DNA of 64,000 bases from an uncultured Desulfospira sp. (GTDB taxonomy: Bacteria; Desulfobacterota; Desulfobacteria; Desulfobacterales; Desulfobacteraceae): assembly GCA_963663165.1 (NCBI GenBank), contig OY760175.1:4832001-4896000 (forward strand). The letters are read 5' to 3'. Positions within the stretch are counted from its first letter, which is position 1; every line of letters begins with the position of its first letter. Under the pieces are notes generated by a model. That model did no database searches. It was not told the DNA's origin and saw nothing but the letters and a program-made list of their open reading frames with translations. Of this stretch, positions 1 through 7,637 are shown one piece after another. The position numbers and the translations under genes were made by a program.

Positions 1-1866
1 GATCCGGCCTGGTTGGAGGACATTGGCCGGGACCTTTGCACCTATGCTTACGCCAATCCCCGTTGGGAGAAAAAAAGGGGCGAGGTGGTGGTGGACGAAC
101 AGGTGTCCCTGTTCGGCCTGATCATTGTCCAGAGCAGGCCTAAGGCCTATGGGAAAATCAATCCCGATGAGGCCTGCGAAATTTTTATCCGGCATGCCCT
201 GGTCCAGGGGGAAACCCACATGAAGTTCAAGTTCATGGAAAATAACCTCAAATTAATGGAAAGCCTGGAAGACCTTGAAAACAAAACCCGGAATAAAAAT
301 ATTCTGGCATCGGACGAGGATATTTATTTGTTTTACCAGGCAAGGCTGCCTGTTCCTTTTTATAATATCCGGACCTTTGCCCGGTTTTTAAAAGACCAGG
401 CAGACGACTCATTTTTGCACATGACCCTGGAAGACCTTCAAAAAAGTCAGGTGGACGAGGATCTGCCCATCCTGTTTCCCGATACCCTGAAAACCGAACA
501 CGGACAGTTTGCCTTAGAATACTGCTTTGATCCGGGGGCGGAAAACGACGGGGTGACCATTAAGGTACCGGTTTCCAGGACATCCCAGGTGCCCCGAAAG
601 GATTTGGAAAAACTGGTGCCCGGCCTGTTTGAAGAAAAAATTGCCGCCCTGATCAAGAACCTTCCCAAAGAATACCGGGTCCGGCTGGTGCCGGTCCAGG
701 AAACCGCCGCCGCCATCGCCAAAAAAATCCACGGCCGGAACGAGCCGCTGTTTACGCTGCTTTCAAGCGGTATTCGGGAGCATTACAATGTGACTATCCC
801 GGCATCGGTCTGGTCTGAGGATAACCTTCCCGACCACTTAAGAATGCGGATAGCGGTTCACGATGATAAGGGAAAGCAGATCAAGACCCTAAGAGATCTG
901 TCCCTTTTGGGACAATTCCCGGGCCAAAGCAGTCAAAAGCAGGCCAATGCCGTTGAACAGGCCCGGAAAATCCATGAACGAACCCAGATTACCGACTGGT
1001 CTTTTCCGGATCTGCCGCCCCATATTGAAATCACCCTGGCCGGCGGGTTAAAACAAAAGCTTTACCCGGGCCTTAAAGTTGAGACCGATAATTTGAACTT
1101 AAGGCTGTTTGAGTCAAAGCAAACCGCCGAAATTTCCCATGCCCGGGGCATTAAACAGCTATATGAATTTAAGTTTCCCGATGATTTTAAGGCCTTGCAA
1201 AAGGATGTCAAAACCGCCCCGGGTTTAAAACAGATCGCCCCTTATTTTGATGTTGCCCACAAAGCGTTTGCCCAGAAGGTGGCCGATGCCCTTCTTCGGG
1301 ATATATTTGCCAGAAATTTTAAGACCCAAAAAGAATTTGAGGCCCATGCCCAGGCGGCAAGGCCAGGCCTTTACAACCAGACCCAAAGCTTTATCCGGGT
1401 GATTCAGGATCTCGGGCAAGAATATGAATCCTGCTTTTCCCTGCTCCAGGATCTGTCCCTTAAACACCAGAACCGGCCCGCCACTTTTGCCATCCTAACC
1501 CAGCTGTTCAACGAGTTAAAAAGCCTGGTGCCGCCAAGTTTCCTGGAACTTTACCCGCGGGACAGAATCAGCGAACTGCCAAGGTATCTGTCCTGCCTGG
1601 GGATCCGGGCCCAGCGGGCCGCCGTTGACCCCTCAAAGGAAGCCAGAAAATCAGAGCTGGTCCAGCCCTATCAGCATCGCCTCAATACCCTGGTGGCCTC
1701 ATTGTCGGAAAAATCTTCCAAGGAAAAGGCCCGGCGGACCGAAGACTTTTACTGGCTCCTTGAAGAGTACAAAATCTCCGTATTCGCCCAGGAACTCAAA
1801 ACCCGGGTCAAGGTATCGGCCAAACGGCTGGACAAGGAGCTGCTGAGCATTTCCACTATGATCTGA
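1..1866 (+). CDS. hrpA: ATP-dependent RNA helicase HrpA, C-terminal part (DUF3418 region); gene begins upstream of the window
   Basis: Motifs WEKKRGEVV, FIRHALV, DGVTIKVP, LVPGLFEEKI, WLLEEYKISVFAQEL and VSAKRL typical of the HrpA C-terminus; ORF open at the window edge. Confidence 0.9.
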   Translation, partial: DPAWLEDIGRDLCTYAYANPRWEKKRGEVVVDEQVSLFGLIIVQSRPKAYGKINPDEACEIFIRHALVQGETHMKFKFMENNLKLMESLEDLENKTRNKNILASDEDIYLFYQARLPVPFYNIRTFARFLKDQADDSFLHMTLEDLQKSQVDEDLPILFPDTLKTEHGQFALEYCFDPGAENDGVTIKVPVSRTSQVPRKDLEKLVPGLFEEKIAALIKNLPKEYRVRLVPVQETAAAIAKKIHGRNEPLFTLLSSGIREHYNVTIPASVWSEDNLPDHLRMRIAVHDDKGKQIKTLRDLSLLGQFPGQSSQKQANAVEQARKIHERTQITDWSFPDLPPHIEITLAGGLKQKLYPGLKVETDNLNLRLFESKQTAEISHARGIKQLYEFKFPDDFKALQKDVKTAPGLKQIAPYFDVAHKAFAQKVADALLRDIFARNFKTQKEFEAHAQAARPGLYNQTQSFIRVIQDLGQEYESCFSLLQDLSLKHQNRPATFAILTQLFNELKSLVPPSFLELYPRDRISELPRYLSCLGIRAQRAAVDPSKEARKSELVQPYQHRLNTLVASLSEKSSKEKARRTEDFYWLLEEYKISVFAQELKTRVKVSAKRLDKELLSISTMI

Positions 1867-1886
1867 TTAAGGGGTCAATTAAGGGG

Positions 1887-2864
1887 TCAAGTCTCTCCTT
1901 GACTCATTATGGATTGTCGAACCAAGGCTGTTTTTTTTGATAAGTCCCGGTCATGGGAAAGACGTTGTTTGAACCGGTATATCACGGTACTGACTGTGCT
2001 ATAGCTGTCGATTTTGAAGTATTCTCCTATAGTTTTTAATGATTCCCCGCAGATTTGTCGCGCCAAAAACATTCCCATTGCCCTGGGTTCATTAAAAAAC
2101 GCCCTTTTTGAATAGTACAGTTTGTCTTCGTCGATATTGTAGACCTTACAAATGGCTTGTTTAATTCTGGCTATTTCGGGGGCAAGGCGCTTGGATTCAG
2201 GAACTTCAACGTGCTGTTTCTCCTCAAAAAATTGTTCTTTCACTTGTTCAATAAACCTTTTTCCGCCAAGAATAGCAGGCCATTTTTTCGGGTCTAAAGT
2301 CCGTAATAAATCATCATCGTCCGCTTCACCTATAAAGGCTCGATATGCGCTTGCCTGCGAGCCCGGGGTCGTGGCCAACATGGACAGGATAAAGGATTTG
2401 TGCAGCCATTCCCATTTTTTTGTAACGGAAAGATATCCTTCATGGCTTGACCATTGGTAATCTCCGGGCTTTGCAACTATTTTGGCGCGTACCGGATTTC
2501 GATGAATATATCGAACCAGTTGCAGCAAATAGTTTTCCTCTTCAACCACAAGGGCTTTGTATCTTCCCCGGAATAATTGCCCGTCAAAAGAATGCGCCTT
2601 GTTGAATCGTTGTGTGTAAACACCGTTTATGTGGCGCATGCCTCTTGACAAGTTCGCATCCGGAGTCTGGACCAAAAGGTGATAGTGGTTCGGCATAAGA
2701 CAGAATGCGCTGACACGCAATGCAAAAAGCTCGACAGCCTCAAGCAAAACATTGATAAAGCATTCATAATCTTTTTTTGACTCAAAAATTTTTTCTCTAC
2801 GCCGGCCACGATTTATTACATGATACCAGGCGTTTGGAAATTGTATGCGTAAGGGCCTGGCCAT
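1887..2864 (-). CDS. REP-associated tyrosine transposase-like protein (Y1/HUH, IS200 superfamily) with DnaA domain IV-like C-terminal HTH
   Basis: MARPLRI..YHVINRG, HUH motif MPNHYHLL, GQLFRGRYKA, YIHRNP; C-terminal PRAMGMFLARQ..SLKTIGEYF..YSTV. Confidence 0.9.
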   Translation of the reverse strand: MARPLRIQFPNAWYHVINRGRRREKIFESKKDYECFINVLLEAVELFALRVSAFCLMPNHYHLLVQTPDANLSRGMRHINGVYTQRFNKAHSFDGQLFRGRYKALVVEEENYLLQLVRYIHRNPVRAKIVAKPGDYQWSSHEGYLSVTKKWEWLHKSFILSMLATTPGSQASAYRAFIGEADDDDLLRTLDPKKWPAILGGKRFIEQVKEQFFEEKQHVEVPESKRLAPEIARIKQAICKVYNIDEDKLYYSKRAFFNEPRAMGMFLARQICGESLKTIGEYFKIDSYSTVSTVIYRFKQRLSHDRDLSKKTALVRQSIMSQGET

Positions 2865-2889
2865 GATTATATTGATACCAGCAAGTTTT

Positions 2890-3006
2890 TAATGAGTCAA
2901 GGAGAGACTTGACCCCTATGATTTTCAAGGAGAGACTTGACCCCTATGATTTTAGGAGAGACTTGACCCCTATGATGTTGACCCCTATGATGACCCCTAT
3001 GATTTT
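2890..3006 (+). repeat. Tandem array of progressively truncated terminal-repeat copies
   Basis: Units end in TGACCCC at 2916, 2944, 2970, 2985 and 2997, each followed by TATGA(TTTT). Confidence 0.95.
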
Positions 3007-3710
3007 CTGGAAACCAGGGCGATTGCGGCAATACCGGCACCTAAGAGAATTCCTGCAGAGGGGACCGGGACGGCACCGAATTCAATGTTATCGATACCGG
3101 CCTTACCGTCACCGCCGGTTATTGTAAGGGTAAAGGAACTGATTGGCGTATCTGAAATAAAGGCAAAAAAAGTGCTGCCCCAACCGGTTGCATCAGGGGT
3201 TGGAACCGTAACGGCAACGTCATATTCCGTGCCGTCATTAAACGTAATTGCAATCGGCGAGGGATTATGATCCATCAGGTAAAATGCAAAATAGGTAATT
3301 GGAGAACTAAAGTCAAAAGTGTAATTTGTGGAATCCTGCACAGCCAAGGCAGAGTCTCCAATCGGGTCATTCTTCGTACTTCCCAAGATTGTTGAATTGT
3401 CTTCAGGTGTTGCTACATATGCATATCCCTGACTCGAAGTAATGGTCAGGCCCCCGGAAAGGGTATCACCAAGAATGCTGCCGGTAGAAAAACCACTTTC
3501 AAAATCAATAAGGGTATCCGGCGTTGAGATTCCCAAGGCATTTAACCACGCCGTTCTTTGATCTGTTTTGGCCGCCATAGCGGTTGAATTGTTGGTGCTG
3601 CTGCCTGTACTGGCGGTACAGGAAAATACCGTTACTGTTGCAGCCGCCGCAGACCCGGGGCCCATAAACAAAACTGATAATAGAACAGCGAACAAACCCA
3701 TTTTTTTCAT
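2997..3710 (-). CDS. PEP-CTERM/VPLPA-CTERM sorting-domain exported protein
   Basis: Signal peptide; Ser/Thr-rich body; C-terminal AVPVPSAGILLGAGIAAIALVSRKS; GGAG RBS. Confidence 0.85.
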   Translation of the reverse strand: MKKMGLFAVLLSVLFMGPGSAAAATVTVFSCTASTGSSTNNSTAMAAKTDQRTAWLNALGISTPDTLIDFESGFSTGSILGDTLSGGLTITSSQGYAYVATPEDNSTILGSTKNDPIGDSALAVQDSTNYTFDFSSPITYFAFYLMDHNPSPIAITFNDGTEYDVAVTVPTPDATGWGSTFFAFISDTPISSFTLTITGGDGKAGIDNIEFGAVPVPSAGILLGAGIAAIALVSRKS

Positions 3711-4048
3711 TATAACATCTCCATATCAAAAACAAATTTACCAAACAGTCTGAGAACCGCAAATTTTATAAAGTGAATGACCTTAGGGTGTTCTCTGCCG
3801 CCTTTGCCGCATGGTATCAAAGCCTTGGCAGCCCGGCTGTTAAACCTTTGATGCCTTTTTATATGAAAGTCTCACTAACCTCCTGAGAAGACTTTCATTA
3901 TTTGTTGTGGGCGGTTCTTGGTTGGATAACCAAGACGGCCCGTGGCCGTTATATAAAAACTGAAACCCGGCTCAATTCTGGTCACTTTATTTCATCTGAG
4001 GTCCTGTGCTCCACAGCGCAATAGACCGAACATGAATGCAGGAATATA

Positions 4049-4065
4049 AGCAAAAAAAGTGCCAA
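4049..4065 (-). promoter_or_regulatory. Sigma54 (-24/-12) promoter facing the PEP-CTERM gene
   Basis: Minus strand TTGGCACTTTTTTTGCT matches TGGCAC-N5-TTGC. Confidence 0.75.
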
Positions 4066-4247
4066 TCAAACATGAAAATAAACAGGGACCGGTCGCCCAT
4101 CTCTTTGCCTGGCAGATACCAAAGTCCAATGGGTTTAATTTTAAGATGATTTTTGTTGATAGACCGTCTCATTATGTTTTTAAAATCGAGTCCGACGGTT
4201 CGGGAACCAAAACGCCGGACCTCGCTGTGTTGGGAACTTTTCTTCCC

Positions 4248-4293
4248 AAGTGTGAAGTTTTTTTCTTAAAATTATGAAAAAAACTTCACACTT
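4248..4293. repeat. Perfect 18-bp inverted repeat with 10-nt loop
   Basis: AAGTGTGAAGTTTTTTTC ... GAAAAAAACTTCACACTT. Confidence 0.85.
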
Positions 4294-4381
4294 TTCAGAC
4301 GATACCCACCACAACTGAATCTTATCTAAGGCAATCGCATATAAGAAAGCAGTCTGTCCCGGAATGAAAGATAACTCCAGT

Positions 4382-4453
4382 AAAATGGACTTGGGACTTG
4401 GGGATTGCAGTATCCGTGGCCTCCCCAAGCCCCATATCCCAAGTCCCCATTTT
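4382..4453. repeat. Inverted array of GGGACTT-like heptamers
   Basis: GGACTTGGGACTTGGGGA ... TCCCCAAGCCCCATATCCCAAGTCC. Confidence 0.7.
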
Positions 4454-4594
4454 ATACATTGATCCTTATCACCCAAAGTACGATTAACTATAGGCAAGTT
4501 ACATGCGATCATCCTGCAATCTTATCCTTGACCCCTTATCCATGAAGGGGATACAACTTACGGGAACTTAAATTTTAAAAGAAGGAGAGGAACA

Positions 4595-4780
4595 ATGCAG
4601 CGGGTATATGAGTTTTTAAAGGAATGCGGTCACTATTATCTGGCCACCATAGACGGAGACCGGCCCAGGGTCCGCCCCTTCGGCACCGCCCTAATTTTTG
4701 AGGATAAGCTGTACATTCAGACCGGGAAGGTCAAAGACGTATCCAAACAGATGATGTTTGGGTATAGGGATGCCAGGATC
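4595..4780 (+). pseudogene. Truncated pyridoxamine 5'-phosphate oxidase (NimC/NimA-like) gene
   Basis: YYLATIDGDRPRVRPFG..LYIQTGKVKDVSKQM with a strong RBS; similarity ends after about 53 aa and the frame runs antisense into the next gene. Confidence 0.7.
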
Positions 4781-6089
4781 AGACATCTTCCGGTATATTC
4801 AGTAAAAACCGCCAGGCCGGCAGGATATCGATTTTTCCGGATGCAACGGTTATCTGGTTTTCCTCGCTGCGTGTCACGATGATGCCCCGGGGCAGCGCAA
4901 GTTCAGCCATGGCTTCGGCCAGGGCAGTGGTTTCCCGCTTGCTGGTTTTTGGGTCGGCCATGGTCTCACATACCTGAACCAGCATGCGGGTTGATCCTTG
5001 CCGTCCGGCGATAAAATCAACCTCCCGGCCCGTCCCGGTTTTATAATAAAAGATATCCGGCGTGACCCGGCGCAGTGCAATGTATACCAGATTTTCCAGA
5101 AGATGGCCTGAGTTGACCAGAATGCCGGAACTGGTCGAGGTCACCAAGGCGTGGTCAATGCAGTAAATTTTTTTGGGGTTGGTGTTGGCCTTGGCCAGCG
5201 AGGCGTTAAAAATGCGTACCGTAAATAGAACATAGGCGTCTTCAAACCATTCAAGGTAATTGGAAACAGCGGATTTTGGCGCTTTGTGGCCCAGGGATTT
5301 CAGATAGCCGGTCAGGTTGTTGATGGAATAAAGGGAGCCGGTATTATCCACCAGCCAGTGCGCCAGATCCGTGACCGCTTTTGGATGGGAAATATTATGG
5401 CGTTCAATCAGGTCGCGGAACAGCATCGCGCTGAAATATTCCTGGTGGATTTTCAGCCGCAGCATCCGGTTAAGATCAGCCACCTCAGGGAAACCGCCGG
5501 TTTCCCAGTACGCCTCGAATGCCTTCTGGATGGTCAGCCGTTTTTTAGTTGAGAAAGGACCATTACTCTCGATCCCCCTGCAGTCAAGAAACTCCTGGAA
5601 TGAAAATGGAAACATTTCCCAGGAAAGTGCCCGCCCGCGCATTTGCGTGGCAATTTCCCGGGAGAGCATCTGAGCCGATGATCCGGTAATGGCTACCTCG
5701 CATTTTTCCATCCGCATCAATCGGTCAACAAATGGCTCCCAACCGGATACGACCTGAATCTCATCAAAAAAGCAGTACACCGTTTCAACATTCTTCTTTT
5801 CCGGATAAAGTGAGAAGTATGCCTCGGAAATGATCCCTAAATTGTCATGTTGAAGACGATGCAGACGATCATCAAAGAAATTCAGGTAGAGAATGTTCTG
5901 ACGGGGAACACCTGAGTCCAAAAGCCGTTGCATCAGTTGAAACATGAAGGTTGATTTGCCGCAGCGGCGAACCCCAATGCATACGGTTGCCTTTTCCGGC
6001 ACCGAGGATACCGCCGTCCGTCTGGGCACACCCGTCGGCAGGGTCATTTCCTGGAAATCCAGGATTATTTCCTTGAGGTGGTCAATCAT
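4779..6089 (-). CDS. AAA_14 ATPase with DUF4143 C-terminus
   Basis: Walker A GVRRCGKST, Walker B FFDEIQ, ITGSS, GGFPE, KKIYCID, LLENLV, EVDFI. Confidence 0.9.
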   Translation of the reverse strand: MIDHLKEIILDFQEMTLPTGVPRRTAVSSVPEKATVCIGVRRCGKSTFMFQLMQRLLDSGVPRQNILYLNFFDDRLHRLQHDNLGIISEAYFSLYPEKKNVETVYCFFDEIQVVSGWEPFVDRLMRMEKCEVAITGSSAQMLSREIATQMRGRALSWEMFPFSFQEFLDCRGIESNGPFSTKKRLTIQKAFEAYWETGGFPEVADLNRMLRLKIHQEYFSAMLFRDLIERHNISHPKAVTDLAHWLVDNTGSLYSINNLTGYLKSLGHKAPKSAVSNYLEWFEDAYVLFTVRIFNASLAKANTNPKKIYCIDHALVTSTSSGILVNSGHLLENLVYIALRRVTPDIFYYKTGTGREVDFIAGRQGSTRMLVQVCETMADPKTSKRETTALAEAMAELALPRGIIVTRSEENQITVASGKIDILPAWRFLLNIPEDV

Positions 6090-6230
6090 ACCAACTCCTC
6101 TGGTAATTTTTCTTTCCGATCAGCATATAAACTGGAAATAATTATTACCAGTTATTCTTATAAGTGGCAAGAAAATTTTCTGGTTTTGGATTATTTTTAA
6201 CCCCAGCAGGGGCATCATGAAAGGGAACCG

Positions 6231-7124
6231 TTAAAAATTTTCATCCAGGTTGAAAAACTCAACCGCGTTTTTGGTTGTGATCCTTTCAAGGACTTTATCT
6301 GAAAGCTTATCCGCGGCCAGGACTTTCAGCTCCCGGTCCCATTCATAAGGGATGTTGGGAAAGTCGGATCCGTACATGATCCGGTCCGGCCTGTAACGGT
6401 CAAGGCAAATTTTCTTTTTGACGGGAAAGTAGCCGCCAATGGCCATGGTGGTGTCCAGCCACAAAGTATCGTATGTCTCAATGAGCCGCTGGTATGCGGA
6501 CAGTTCATCCAATCCCAGATGGGGAACACAGATTTTCAGGCCCGGGAAATTCTTTAAAATCTGTTCCACTTTTCCAGCACTGCAAATTATATAGGGATCG
6601 CATCGGTAGGCGGTACTCTTGGGTTCCCGGCCGGCATGAATCACCAGGGGCTTGTTGTTGGCCCTGCAGCAGTCATACAAAATGTCCATGGCGTCGCTGT
6701 TCATGTCAAAACACTGGACATGGGCATGAAGTTTAAGCCCGCCAAGCCCGTCATCAAAGGCCTCCTGTAAAATCCTGCCCGCCTTATCCTCGCCCGGATA
6801 GACCGTGGCCATACCGGTGACACGGCCTGGAAATTGTCGGCAGCGGACCGCCATATAGGTGTTCAATTGTCGTGAAATTCCAGGCTTGTGCGCATATTGA
6901 AGGGCGATAATGTGATGGATACCCCGGGAGAGTAAAAATTCAAATATTTGGGTGGTTCTCATCCGGTACCGGATCTGCCACGCATGGTCATCAAACCATT
7001 TCCAGATGGAGGCCAGAATCTCTTTGGGGAAGATGTGCACATGGGCATCGATAATGAGGGGAAGCCCTGAAGGAACCTCGCTGCCTTCCGGATCATCAAA
7101 ATACGGCATGTTCGGTCTGAGCAT
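6231..7124 (-). CDS. Amidohydrolase family (TIM-barrel) protein
   Basis: IIDAHVH, GLKLH, IHAG, PHLG, YGSDFP. Confidence 0.85.
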   Translation of the reverse strand: MLRPNMPYFDDPEGSEVPSGLPLIIDAHVHIFPKEILASIWKWFDDHAWQIRYRMRTTQIFEFLLSRGIHHIIALQYAHKPGISRQLNTYMAVRCRQFPGRVTGMATVYPGEDKAGRILQEAFDDGLGGLKLHAHVQCFDMNSDAMDILYDCCRANNKPLVIHAGREPKSTAYRCDPYIICSAGKVEQILKNFPGLKICVPHLGLDELSAYQRLIETYDTLWLDTTMAIGGYFPVKKKICLDRYRPDRIMYGSDFPNIPYEWDRELKVLAADKLSDKVLERITTKNAVEFFNLDENF

Positions 7125-7536
7125 TTTGCCTTCCGTATCTGCTGTTCATTTTGACTGGATTTTTAATTTTTACCAATCCGCTAGATTAGCACACAACCCA
7201 AACCCTCATAAAGCATTATCTGATTCAGTCCCCAAATCAGCCACATGAATATTCCGGCATAATATTTGAGTATCTTTGGGAATTTACCAAGGCAATTTGG
7301 CCTTGTTCCTTTGCGCGGGTTTTTGGGAAGGGCAGCCTGCTGTTTTCAAGTGTCAGGCCTGAAACCATAAAAGCAGGTGCCATAAAATAATGGCACTGCC
7401 CTTATCCGGCACGGTATTCTAAACGTTTTTCCAGGTTGCCGGCTGGTCCGTCCCATGGTGTGCAGATGTTAAAAAGTGCTAAATTTCAATTGGTTATCTT
7501 TGCGTCAAAAGAAAATGCCCTTGGATCTCCCTGTGT

Positions 7537-7552
7537 TGGCATGGTTATGGCA
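7537..7552 (+). promoter_or_regulatory. Sigma54 promoter of the molybdoenzyme gene
   Basis: TGGCATGGTTATGGCA (GG-N10-GC); identical copy at 10023. Confidence 0.7.
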
Positions 7553-7637
7553 ATTCCTCAAGGCCAGGAAATTTGAATATTGATATGTCCCGGCCAATGG
7601 CTCCGGGTAAAGACCTATTCCGCAAGGGAGAATAAAT

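Larger units (their letters stand above)
1866..3006. mobile_element. RAYT-like element 1: HUH transposase gene flanked by perfect inverted repeats with outward tandem duplications
   Basis: AGGGGTCAAGTCTCTCCTTGACTCATTA (1882-1909) is the exact reverse complement of 2890-2917; ATTAAGGGGTCA x2 at 1866-1889; five TGACCCCTATGA units at 2890-3006. Confidence 0.85.

Noticed and set aside
1887..2864. Canonical IS200/IS605 element
   Set aside because: The protein is about twice TnpA length with a C-terminal HTH, there is no tnpB, and the ends are inverted repeats.
2890..3006. Possible CRISPR array
   Set aside because: No unique spacers, units of unequal length, and no cas genes.
2909..3127. 72-aa ORF with MTPM repeats
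   Set aside because: It is a translation of the repeat array and antisense to the PEP-CTERM gene.
3790..3860. Complete GEMM-I cyclic-dinucleotide riboswitch
   Set aside because: Only the 3' ACAGCCGGGCTGCC motif is present; the 5' half with the GNRA-capped stem is not recognisable.
4521..4541. CTTATCC-TTGACCCC-TTATCC as a distal right end making the PEP-CTERM gene cargo of element 1
   Set aside because: Only 8 nt match the end and no inner repeat sequence is present; suggestive but could be chance.
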